Shown here: positions 46,940 to 56,111 of the stretch, one piece after another
How positions within the stretch are numbered: position 1 is the first letter of the stretch
How the letters are laid out: every line of letters begins with the position of its first letter
Origin: an uncultured delta proteobacterium
GTDB taxonomy: Bacteria > Desulfobacterota > WTBG01
NCBI GenBank assembly: GCA_963793865.1
Contig: CAWCBP010000004.1
Location: 128,001-192,000, forward strand
Length of the DNA: 64,000 nt
Direction: 5' to 3'
The notes under the pieces: generated by a model
Told to the model about the DNA's origin: nothing
Seen by the model: only the letters and a program-made list of their open reading frames with translations
The model's database searches: none
Translations under genes and position numbers: made by a program

Positions 46940-49900
46940 TTACCCCTGCGCATGGTAATCCTGCAGGGCCTTGACCTCCAGGCTCCCCTTCTGCAGAAAT
47001 TCAATGCCGTTGACCGCCGCCGAGGCGCCTGAAATGGTGGTGATGTAGGGTACATTATACATGACCGCAAGGCTTCTCAGGCTGAGCTGGTCGGCATAGG
47101 CCTCTTTCCCCGAGGGCGTGTTGATAATCAAATCGACCCCGCCGCTTTTAATCAGGTCTGCGATGTTGGGCCTGCCCTCGATAATTTTCAGGACCCGCGT
47201 CACCTCCAGCCCATTACGGGTGAGTACCCTGGCCGTGCCCCCGGTTGCAAGCAGGGTAAAACCCAGATCAAAAAGCTTTTTGGCAATGAAGATGATGGAC
47301 CGCTTATCCTGGCTTCTGACACTGATAAACACCCTTCCCGCGACGGGCAGCAGCTGCCCCGCGGCAATCTGTGATTTGGCGTACGCCCTCCCGAAATCAA
47401 TATCGATCCCCATTACCTCCCCGGTGGATTTCATCTCCGGCCCCAGAACCGGGTCCACCCCGGCAAAGCGGCTGAAGGGAAAGACGGCCTCTTTAACCGC
47501 AATGTGGTCCGAAGGATATTCATCCCTGACCCCGAGTTCCTTAAGCGTCATGCCCGCCATCACCTTGGCGGCAATCTTCGCCCAGGGCACTCCGGTTGCC
47601 TTGCTCACAAAGGGCACGGTGCGGGAGGCCCGGGGATTTACCTCCAGGACATAGAGGACATCATTTTTTACCGCGTACTGTATGTTCATCAATCCCACCA
47701 CCTCAAGCTCCCGGGCAAGCCGGATGGTGCTTTCCCGGATGGCGCCGATCATCTCATCCCCGAGGGTGTAGGGCGGAATGACGCAGGCGCTGTCGCCGGA
47801 GTGAATCCCCGCCTCTTCAATGTGCTCCATGACGCCGGCAATGACGCACCGCTCTCCGTCGGCAACCGCATCCACGTCAACCTCAATGGCGTCCTCGAGA
47901 AATTTATCGATCAGCAGGGGGTGCTGCGGTGAAACCTGAAGCGCGGCGGCGGCGAACTCCAGGAGAGACTCTTCGTTGTAAGCGATCTTCATGGCCCTTC
48001 CCCCCAGCACATAGGAGGGGCGGACCACCACGGGAAACCCTATGCCCACCGCCTTCCGCCGGGCCTCTTCAAGGCTGCCGGCCGTGTCGTTGACCGGCTG
48101 ATTGAGGTTGAGCTTTTTGAGCAGCCGGGTGAAGCGCTCCCGGTCCTCGGCCCGGTCTATGCTGTCGGGGCTGGTCCCGATGATGGGAACCCCGTTTCGT
48201 GCCAGCGGGACCGCCAGGTTGAGCGGGGTCTGCCCCCCGAACTGCACGATCACACCGTCGGGTTTTTCCTGCCCGGCAATGGCCAGCACGTCCTCCAGGG
48301 TCAGGGGCTCAAAGTAGAGCTTGCTCGAGGTATCGTAATCCGTGCTCACCGTCTCGGGATTGCTGTTGACCATGATGGTTTCGTAGCCCAGTTCCCGGAG
48401 GGCAAAGGAGGCGTGGACGCAGCAATAATCAAATTCAATCCCCTGGCCGATGCGGTTGGGGCCGCCTCCCAGGATCATGATCTTCTTCCGGTCGGTCCTG
48501 GTGCTTTCGTTTTCCTCTTCGTAGGTGGAATAATAGTACGGGGTATAGGCCTCGAATTCGGCCGCGCAGGTATCAACCAGCTTGAACACCGGCTGGACGC
48601 CGCACTCCCGGCGCAGCTGCCTTACCGCGTCCTCGCTCGTTCCCAGCAGGTGCGCAAGCTGGACATCGGAGAAGCCCTGCCGCTTGGCCTCGCGCAGGAG
48701 ATCGGAGGAAATTGAAAGCTGCTGTCCGCCGCCCTCCTCCCCGTTTATTCCGCAGCGGCAGGCGGCAATTTCCTTCTCCGTCTCGATAATTTCGGCTATG
48801 TTGTCTATAAACCAGGGATCAACCCCGGTCAGCGCGGTCACCTCCTCCGCGCTTATTCCCAGCTGCAGCGCATATCTTATGTAGAACAGCCGCTCCGCCC
48901 GGGGCACCGCCAGCGCTTCGCTGATGTGCAGCTTCAGCTCCCGCGCAGCCTCTGTTTCCGCGGCGGCGCCCATGCCCGGCACAATGCTCATCAGGTCCCT
49001 GCCGTCGGCCCCCAGTCCATGCCGCCCGGTTTCCAGCGAACGCAGCCCTTTTTGCAGGGCTTCCTTGAAGGTGCGCCCGATGGCCATGGTCTCGCCCACC
49101 GATTTCATGGAAATGCCCAGCACATTGTCCGCGCCGGGAAATTTTTCAAAGGTGAAGCGGGGAATTTTCACCACGCAGTAATCGATGGCGGGCTCAAAGG
49201 AAGCGGGCGTCTCCCGGGTGATGTCATTGCGTATCTCGTCCAGCGTGTAGCCGACCGCCAGCTTTGCCGCCATTTTGGCGATGGGAAAGCCGGTTGCCTT
49301 GGACGCCAGGGCGGAACTTCGCGAAACGCGGGGATTCATCTCAATCACCACCCGGCGGCCGGTGGCGGGATCAACGGCAAACTGGATGTTCGATCCCCCG
49401 GTCTCAACCCCGATCTCCCTGATGATGCTGCAGGCGGCGTCGCGCATCTCCTGATATTCCCTGTCGCTCAGCGTCTGCGCGGGAGCGACGGTGATGCTGT
49501 CGCCGGTGTGAATGCCCATGGGATCAAAGTTCTCGATGGAGCAGATGATGACCACGTTGTCCTTGAGGTCCCGCATCACTTCCAGCTCGAATTCCTTCCA
49601 TCCCCGGACGGACTCTTCAATCAGTATTTCACTGATCATGCTGCATTCCAGCCCGCGCGCCGCAATCTTCTCAAATTCCTCCACGTTATAGGCTATGCCC
49701 CCGCCGGTTCCGCCCAGGGTAAAGCTGGGGCGGATGATGAGGGGATAGCCGATTTCCTGCGCCCTCAACCGGGCCTCCTCCATGGTGCGGGCGAGGCCGC
49801 TCCGCGGAACCTCCTGGCCGATGCGCTGCATGGCCTCTTTGAAAAGCTCCCGGTCTTCCGCCTTGTGTATGGCCTCGTAATCGGCGCCGATCATGATAAC

Positions 49901-50236
49901 GCCGTGGGCGGCGAGGACTCCCTTCTCCGCCAGCACCGAGGCCACGTTCAGCGCCGTCTGTCCCCCGAGGGTGGGAAGCAGGGCATCCGGCCGCTCTTTA
50001 CGTATGACCTTCTCAACCATCTCCGGGGTGATGGGCTCGATATAGGTGCGGCCGGCCATTTCGGGATCGGTCATGATGGTCGCGGGGTTGCTGTTGATCA
50101 GCACCACCTCAAATCCGTCATCCCTGAGCGCCTTGCAGGCCTGGGTGCCGGAATAGTCGAATTCGCAGGCCTGGCTGATCACAATGGGCCCGGAACCGAT
50201 GATCAGGATTTTATTAATGTCGTTCCGTCTAGGCAC
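46940..50236 (-). CDS. carB: Carbamoyl-phosphate synthase large subunit
   Basis: [17 protein letters not shown], two ATP-grasp domains, MGS domain. Confidence 0.98.
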   Translation of the reverse strand: MPRRNDINKILIIGSGPIVISQACEFDYSGTQACKALRDDGFEVVLINSNPATIMTDPEMAGRTYIEPITPEMVEKVIRKERPDALLPTLGGQTALNVASVLAEKGVLAAHGVIMIGADYEAIHKAEDRELFKEAMQRIGQEVPRSGLARTMEEARLRAQEIGYPLIIRPSFTLGGTGGGIAYNVEEFEKIAARGLECSMISEILIEESVRGWKEFELEVMRDLKDNVVIICSIENFDPMGIHTGDSITVAPAQTLSDREYQEMRDAACSIIREIGVETGGSNIQFAVDPATGRRVVIEMNPRVSRSSALASKATGFPIAKMAAKLAVGYTLDEIRNDITRETPASFEPAIDYCVVKIPRFTFEKFPGADNVLGISMKSVGETMAIGRTFKEALQKGLRSLETGRHGLGADGRDLMSIVPGMGAAAETEAARELKLHISEALAVPRAERLFYIRYALQLGISAEEVTALTGVDPWFIDNIAEIIETEKEIAACRCGINGEEGGGQQLSISSDLLREAKRQGFSDVQLAHLLGTSEDAVRQLRRECGVQPVFKLVDTCAAEFEAYTPYYYSTYEEENESTRTDRKKIMILGGGPNRIGQGIEFDYCCVHASFALRELGYETIMVNSNPETVSTDYDTSSKLYFEPLTLEDVLAIAGQEKPDGVIVQFGGQTPLNLAVPLARNGVPIIGTSPDSIDRAEDRERFTRLLKKLNLNQPVNDTAGSLEEARRKAVGIGFPVVVRPSYVLGGRAMKIAYNEESLLEFAAAALQVSPQHPLLIDKFLEDAIEVDVDAVADGERCVIAGVMEHIEEAGIHSGDSACVIPPYTLGDEMIGAIRESTIRLARELEVVGLMNIQYAVKNDVLYVLEVNPRASRTVPFVSKATGVPWAKIAAKVMAGMTLKELGVRDEYPSDHIAVKEAVFPFSRFAGVDPVLGPEMKSTGEVMGIDIDFGRAYAKSQIAAGQLLPVAGRVFISVRSQDKRSIIFIAKKLFDLGFTLLATGGTARVLTRNGLEVTRVLKIIEGRPNIADLIKSGGVDLIINTPSGKEAYADQLSLRSLAVMYNVPYITTISGASAAVNGIEFLQKGSLEVKALQDYHAQG

Positions 50237-51329
50237 TGGTCCACCTCTTCATCATGCTTACGAACTCTTGGAAGAGGTACGATGCATCGTGGGGCCCGGG
50301 AGAGGCTTCCGGGTGATACTGCACCGAGAAAAGAGGCAGCGTCTTATGCCGCATGCCTTCCGGGGTATGGTCATTGAGATTAATATGGGTCAGCTCTATC
50401 TCGCTGTCCTTAAGGCTTTCCATATCCAGGCAAAAACCGTGATTCTGGGAGGTGATGCTCACCTTCCCGCTGGCCAGGTCCTTTACCGGCTGGTTACCTC
50501 CCCGGTGGCCGAACTTCAGCTTATAGGTTTTCCCGCCCAGGGCAAGTCCCAGCATCTGATGCCCCAGGCAGATGCCGAGCAGGGGAAGTTTGCCGATCAG
50601 CGCCCGAACCGTGTCCACCACGTAGGCTACTGCGGCGGGGTCGCCGGGACCATTGGAAAGTACCACTCCGTGGGGCTTGAGGGCCATGATCTCCTCCGCC
50701 CGGGTTTGCGCCGGCACCACGGTGACCGCGCATCCTGCGCGGGCAAGCATGCGCATGATATTCCTTTTAGCGCCGCAGTCCAGAACCACCACCCGGTATC
50801 CGGGAGGCACCTGTCTGTCCGGCCCCTCCCACCGATATACGGCCTCGCAGGTGACCTCCTGCACCAGATCACGCCCGATGATGCCGGGTGAGGATCGCGC
50901 TCTGTCCACCAACTCCTTTTCGTCGAGACACTCGGTTGAAATCACCGCCTTCATGGCGCCCGCGGTTCTGATGTGTCTGGTAAGCGCCCGGGTATCCACA
51001 CCCTCAATTCCCACCACCCCGTGCCGCTCCAGGTAGTCCGACAGTCCCCCGCGGGAGCGCCAGCTGCTGGCAATCCTGCTTAATTCCCTGACGACATACC
51101 CCTCGGCCCGGGGGACCGATGATTCCAAATCCTCATCATTGACGCCGTAGTTTCCAATCAGCGGGTAGGTCATGGTAACAATCTGGCCCTTGTAGGAAGG
51201 ATCGGTGAGGATTTCCTGGTAGCCGGTCATGCTGGTGTTAAACACCACTTCTCCCGCCCGCTCGCCGGCGGCGCCGCATGCGACGCCTTTGAAAATTGTT
51301 CCGTCTTCTAAAGCCAGCATGGCCTTCAT
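50229..51329 (-). CDS. carA: Carbamoyl-phosphate synthase small subunit
   Basis: [36 protein letters not shown]. Confidence 0.98.
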   Translation of the reverse strand: MKAMLALEDGTIFKGVACGAAGERAGEVVFNTSMTGYQEILTDPSYKGQIVTMTYPLIGNYGVNDEDLESSVPRAEGYVVRELSRIASSWRSRGGLSDYLERHGVVGIEGVDTRALTRHIRTAGAMKAVISTECLDEKELVDRARSSPGIIGRDLVQEVTCEAVYRWEGPDRQVPPGYRVVVLDCGAKRNIMRMLARAGCAVTVVPAQTRAEEIMALKPHGVVLSNGPGDPAAVAYVVDTVRALIGKLPLLGICLGHQMLGLALGGKTYKLKFGHRGGNQPVKDLASGKVSITSQNHGFCLDMESLKDSEIELTHINLNDHTPEGMRHKTLPLFSVQYHPEASPGPHDASYLFQEFVSMMKRWTSA

Positions 51330-51454
51330 GGGAGACCTCGCACCGGGCCTTCACAAGCGTTTGCCCGGAGCATCTGAACACGAAACCGCTACCGGCCGCG
51401 CTGCCGCAGCCGCAGATGTGTCTGAGGGGTTAAACGGCGGAAGATGACAGGGAG

Positions 51455-51605
51455 CAGATTGTTGAAAAAGTATTTTTCCCCAGGCTGTTCAAAAACGTCC
51501 AGATGCAAGGCACGCGAAATCCCGAGGAATGAGGCGTACATTCCGGTACGCCGCAATGACGAAGGATGAGAGTAACGCCGCAGATGGGTGTTTTTCAACA
51601 GCCTG
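51455..51605. mobile_element. MITE-like element family A, long form with doubled left end
   Basis: Outer CAGATTGTTGAAAAAGTATTTTT plus a 125-bp core (51481-51605) matching 29611-29735. Confidence 0.85.
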
Positions 51606-51643
51606 GCAGATTGAGACAGCGCTCCGCCTCGCGGCGGAAGAGA

Positions 51644-52894
51644 TCATTCGTCAAACGAGTACTGCACCTTTTGAAAGGGGCTCCGCAGCTCCCGCACCTC
51701 GCTGTTGACGGAATGCGATTCCTTGAGGCACTTTCTGAACAGCGCCGCGATCTTCTCCATCTCCACCTCTTTCATGCCGAACCGGGTCATCTCCTGCACA
51801 CCGATGCGAATGCCCGCGGGGTTGGTCACTCTCTCGAGGGGCTCAAAGGGGAGAAGGTTCATGTTGAGGATGATGCCATTCTCTTTCAGAATGCGGGCCA
51901 CCTCGTTGCCGCCGCCCAGCTCCGACACATCGATGGCAACCTGGTGCGACTCGGTAAAGTCGAATTCCTTGGCCTGCACATTAAAGCCCATGTCGGAGAG
52001 GCTCCGGGCCAGCGTCTTGGCATTGGCAATGGTCTGCGCGGCGTACCCTTCGGCGAAGGCAATGACCTCGCAGGTGCTGATGGCCAGCGAGACCAGGGTA
52101 TCCAGGTGATGGTTGGATGAGGACCCGGGGAAGGCGCCCTTATCGATTTTCCACCAGTCCTTGTTGTTCATGTTGCTCATGATCAGCCCCCGCTGAGAGC
52201 CGAAAAAGGTTTTGTGGGTGCTGGCGGTCATGATGTCCGCTCCCTCGGCCAGGGGGTCCTGGAAGCGCTTCCCGGCGATCAAGCCCAGCACGTGGGCCGC
52301 GTCATAGATAACCGTGGTTCCGTTATCGCTGCAGACCGACCTCAATTGGCGCACCGGCTCGGGAAAGAGGAAGAGGCTCTTGCCCAGAATGAGCACCTTG
52401 GGATGCAGCTTGCTGATCAGCTTTTCCGTCCCCTCGCAGTCGATGTGGTAGCCGTCGGGGGTGAGGGGAAAGTCAACGATATTCTTTGTGTACTTGCCCA
52501 CCGAGCCCGATTTGTGGTGGCTGATGTGACCTCCCCCCGCGGTGGAGTTCACCATGACCACGTCCCCGGGGGCTATGTACCTGCTGAATACCGCGTCATT
52601 GGCAATCGTGCCGCTGATGGGCCTCACTTCCATGTGCTGGCAGTTGAAAAGGGTCTTCAGCTGCAGCTTGATCCAGCTTTCGATCTCATCAATCTTGTCG
52701 GTCCCCTGGTAGTAGCGCTCGCCGGGGTGCCCTTCGGCATAGCGGTGGGCAAAATCAGAACCCATGATGGCGCGGGCGCGCCCGCTCATCACGTTTTCGC
52801 TGGCAATGAGGTTGATGGTGCCGAGCCGCCATTCGTTCTGCTGGTTCACAACCTCTTCAATCCACTTTACATTTCTCTCATGCATGGTTTTCAA
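51644..52894 (-). CDS. glyA: Serine hydroxymethyltransferase, archaeal-type
   Basis: NLIASEN, RYAEG..G.RYYQG, GGHISH, YDAAH, STHKTF, FPGSSSNHHL. Confidence 0.9.
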   Translation of the reverse strand: MKTMHERNVKWIEEVVNQQNEWRLGTINLIASENVMSGRARAIMGSDFAHRYAEGHPGERYYQGTDKIDEIESWIKLQLKTLFNCQHMEVRPISGTIANDAVFSRYIAPGDVVMVNSTAGGGHISHHKSGSVGKYTKNIVDFPLTPDGYHIDCEGTEKLISKLHPKVLILGKSLFLFPEPVRQLRSVCSDNGTTVIYDAAHVLGLIAGKRFQDPLAEGADIMTASTHKTFFGSQRGLIMSNMNNKDWWKIDKGAFPGSSSNHHLDTLVSLAISTCEVIAFAEGYAAQTIANAKTLARSLSDMGFNVQAKEFDFTESHQVAIDVSELGGGNEVARILKENGIILNMNLLPFEPLERVTNPAGIRIGVQEMTRFGMKEVEMEKIAALFRKCLKESHSVNSEVRELRSPFQKVQYSFDE

Positions 52895-53034
52895 TGCCTT
52901 ACCTCGTTACAATTGTTAATATTGTCTGATTCCCCGATGCTGCTGCCGCACTACTACCACTTTTTATAACCGGGCGCAACTTAAAGATGTGCGCCTGTTG
53001 AGCAGACCGGGATGCATCACGCAATCCCCTTCCC

Positions 53035-53268
53035 TTACTCGGATTCTTCGGCCACATCCATTTCCTGCACGTGTTTTTTTGCCAGGTCCTCAATAGCGCG
53101 GGCCTTGCCGATGGGCTTTTTTATCTCTTCCGCCGCATCGCGCCCCACCTGTTCCGTAAGCGCTTCTATCCCGCTTTTCTCCTCCTCCTCACCCTGCTTT
53201 TGAGCGCAGCCCGGCCCCCCGGCCAGAAAGGATGCGGCAAGCATAAGGTACGGCAGCATTTTCCACAT
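53035..53268 (-). CDS. Small putative lipoprotein
   Basis: AAGGAG RBS, hydrophobic leader ending GPGC, charged helical tail. Confidence 0.65.
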   Translation of the reverse strand: MWKMLPYLMLAASFLAGGPGCAQKQGEEEEKSGIEALTEQVGRDAAEEIKKPIGKARAIEDLAKKHVQEMDVAEESE

Positions 53269-53329
53269 GGCGGTCTCCTTCATCGGCCGGCAGCACAGCG
53301 CTGCCGCCTCAGTGCACGCGAGGCTGCCG

Positions 53330-55312
53330 CTAAAAGCAGCCCGCAACCTCCATTTCTCTTCCCTCCCTCACCGCGGTGTACTTCCGCCAGAGGGCGGCAT
53401 CAATCTTTTTCAAGCTTGCACCGGTGGTGGAAGTGCGGTAGCGTGACCGGTGTCCGGGCCCGCCATTATAGATGGCATAGGTGGCCCGGGGCAGATTGTC
53501 AATGCCGCCGGCAAGCTTGTCTTCGCCTTTTGCGATTGCGTAGTCACGCAAATAGTGGAGCAGAATTTCGCACCCGGCGCGGCCGTTGTAGCGGATATCG
53601 CCGTACAGCCCCTCCACATCATACACCCCGCGCCAGACCCGGGGATTAACCTGCATCAACCCCACCGAACTGGCTGAGGATACCAGGGGGGTAATGGAAT
53701 CTCCCTTTCGGATGAACTGCCGCCAGCAGCTCTCCTGCCATGCGGTGGCCAGCACCAGGTCCCGGTACACCTTCCCGTATGGTTCGTCAAGCGGGCGCCG
53801 GGCAAGCGTCTCCTCTCTGAGCCCGATAAGCAGGGTCCGCACCATCTCCAGGTATGCGGTCAGCTCACCTTTCAGGGGCACCCAGGAATTGAGCTTTCCA
53901 AAAGGGTCGGCTTCCTCCGCCGCGCAGGCTGATGCAAGGAACCAGCTTTCCGGCTCCGGCATGAAGTCCGAAAAGCGGAGACGGTTCCGATTCTCCGGAA
54001 GCCCCCGGGTTATGGCCACGGCAGGCGAAATGACCGGTTGCGGAAGGGGATCGCCGAACCCGAACAGCCTGCGCAGCTCAGGGTCCACCTCAGTGCTGTA
54101 GGCAAGAGGATCTTCGGCGGATTCCGGGTCCGCAATCCGCGCAACCGCGCGCATGCCTTCATCGGATACCTGATAGTTGAGCGCCTTCTCCCGGGCGCTC
54201 AGTGCGGCAAGCACGCTGCCCGCGGTAATAAAGTTTTCAAGATCGGGGCCCGGCCCGGAGGTTGACTCACGGTACAGCCCCAGCGCCACCGGTCTCATGC
54301 GTTTCCAGGTTCGCACAAACAATCCCGGCACCGGATCGGAAGGTGAGCGTTCAGGGCCTTCATGTGCCGCTGCCAGATCATAGCGGGCATCCAGCAGAAC
54401 CCCGGCAAGGTTGCGCTGCTGTTCCTGCTGACGGTTGCGCCCTAACCGCTTGCTGACGAAGGTGACAAAGGCATCCCAGCGCTTCAGCCGCTCTTCCCGC
54501 CTCTCATGGACCATGGCTGCGAACGGTTTTTGATCTGACGGCAGGGGCTCGATGGTAAAAGAGAGCTGCATGGCCAGGCTGAATGTATAAACCTGCGGCT
54601 GGCTGATGCTGAGCGAACCGAGCGCCTGATCAGCCCGCTCGCGTCCTCCCGGCAGCAGCGCCGCGAGCAGACCCGCAAAACGGTCAAGGGCGGGCTTGCA
54701 ATCAAGTGCCGCCCGCTCAAAGCGCTCACCGATGAGCTTCTTCAAACTATCGCCCGGCACCCCCGGCGCCGATGCCGCCCGGCGGTTCTTCTCATAGAAG
54801 GCTGTTTCCACCACCTGAAAGGTAAGGACGCGGCCGGCGGTTTCAAACCGGGGCTTAACGGAAAGTTCAAGCTTTCCCTGCCACTGCTGAGGACGGTCGC
54901 AATCACGCCCGCCGTCACCCCCGTATTGCGCCGCGGCGTCGCATGTGATGCGGAGCAGCTTTTTCACCGGGGTGACCTGCGGCGCGCTCAGGGACAGGCG
55001 GCGACAGCCCGGCTTATCCTCAGCGATGGTACAGGTGCCCTCCGGGCCGGTAAACAGCTGCTCTGTGATGCCCCGCTCAACCTTCTGCAGCGACAGGCGA
55101 AAGGGAACGGTTATGTTGACCGGCCTGGGGGCGGCATTGGCGTCCGGTCCCGCAACCGCATGCTGTCCGGCCACCAGGAGAAGGGCAACCGCCGCCCGCG
55201 CCATCCGGCTGCGCAGGTTACGCTCGGGCCCGGTTGACACACGTGGGCCCCTCCCCGCTGCACCACAGCCTGAAATGTCAGAAAATACCTGTTTATGATG
55301 ATGGAGTATCAC
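53330..55312 (-). CDS. Large exported protein with a C-terminal SLT lytic transglycosylase domain
   Basis: AWQES, GLMQVN, YNGG motifs; signal-like segment from ATG 55204 (alternative start). Confidence 0.82.
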   Translation of the reverse strand: MILHHHKQVFSDISGCGAAGRGPRVSTGPERNLRSRMARAAVALLLVAGQHAVAGPDANAAPRPVNITVPFRLSLQKVERGITEQLFTGPEGTCTIAEDKPGCRRLSLSAPQVTPVKKLLRITCDAAAQYGGDGGRDCDRPQQWQGKLELSVKPRFETAGRVLTFQVVETAFYEKNRRAASAPGVPGDSLKKLIGERFERAALDCKPALDRFAGLLAALLPGGRERADQALGSLSISQPQVYTFSLAMQLSFTIEPLPSDQKPFAAMVHERREERLKRWDAFVTFVSKRLGRNRQQEQQRNLAGVLLDARYDLAAAHEGPERSPSDPVPGLFVRTWKRMRPVALGLYRESTSGPGPDLENFITAGSVLAALSAREKALNYQVSDEGMRAVARIADPESAEDPLAYSTEVDPELRRLFGFGDPLPQPVISPAVAITRGLPENRNRLRFSDFMPEPESWFLASACAAEEADPFGKLNSWVPLKGELTAYLEMVRTLLIGLREETLARRPLDEPYGKVYRDLVLATAWQESCWRQFIRKGDSITPLVSSASSVGLMQVNPRVWRGVYDVEGLYGDIRYNGRAGCEILLHYLRDYAIAKGEDKLAGGIDNLPRATYAIYNGGPGHRSRYRTSTTGASLKKIDAALWRKYTAVREGREMEVAGCF

Positions 55313-55352
55313 CGCTCTGTCATACCCGGGGATGAGCGCGTATCGTATTCGC

Positions 55353-56093
55353 CTACCTGCGGGCAGGTTCCATTTTAAATACAGGAACGGGCATCCGCTT
55401 GTGCTCGGAAATCTTCATAAGCTGCTCCACCCGCTGGCGGAGGCCGGGGGTTATTGTCTCATGACGCCTGTCTGCGATGGCTTTGAGTGCCTGATCGAGC
55501 TCGGCATAGGAAATGTTCAGCTCGCCTTCATCAGTCTGGCCGGGCAGCAGCCCCGCTGAAGGTGGTTTGTTGATAACGGCCTCCGGCAGTCCAAGCTGCG
55601 CGGCCATGGCCCACACTTCAGATTTGAGCATGTCTCCCAGCGGAAGGAGATCGGCCCCTCCATCGCCGTGCTTGGTAAAGTATCCCACCGAAAGCTCGCT
55701 TTTGTTGCCTGTGCCCGCCACCAGGTATTTCTTCAGGCCCGCGAAGTGGTAAAGGGTCATCATGCGCAAGCGCGGCTTGAGGTTGGCGGTTACCATGGCA
55801 CCGGCGGAGGGAAGCAGCGTGAGCAGCAGATCAAAGGCAGGGGTCAGGTCGACGGTTACCGTCTCCAGTCCCAGATGGCCGGCAACAGTGAGGGCGTCCT
55901 CGGTGTCCTGCCGGTGACTGTGGCAGGGAAGCAGCAGCCCCAGCACATCAGGGCCCAGAGCCCGCCGTGCAAGGGCTGCCACCACGGCGGAATCAATCCC
56001 GCCGCTTAAGCCCAGCACGATCCCTTTGGCCCCGGCCTTTACCACCTGCTCCCTGATCCAGGAGCATACTGCGTTGATCGTATCCATGGCCAT
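55353..56093 (-). CDS. nadE: NH3-dependent NAD+ synthetase
   Basis: GLSGGIDS, NLKPRLRM, GYFTKHGDG, PSAGL..GQTDE; no glutaminase domain. Confidence 0.95.
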   Translation of the reverse strand: MAMDTINAVCSWIREQVVKAGAKGIVLGLSGGIDSAVVAALARRALGPDVLGLLLPCHSHRQDTEDALTVAGHLGLETVTVDLTPAFDLLLTLLPSAGAMVTANLKPRLRMMTLYHFAGLKKYLVAGTGNKSELSVGYFTKHGDGGADLLPLGDMLKSEVWAMAAQLGLPEAVINKPPSAGLLPGQTDEGELNISYAELDQALKAIADRRHETITPGLRQRVEQLMKISEHKRMPVPVFKMEPARR

Positions 56094-56111
56094 TGCACCC
56101 GCGCGAGCCGG

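Noticed and set aside
52895..53034. Glycine, ZTP or THF riboswitch upstream of glyA
   Set aside because: Only one simple hairpin; no conserved aptamer motifs recognised.
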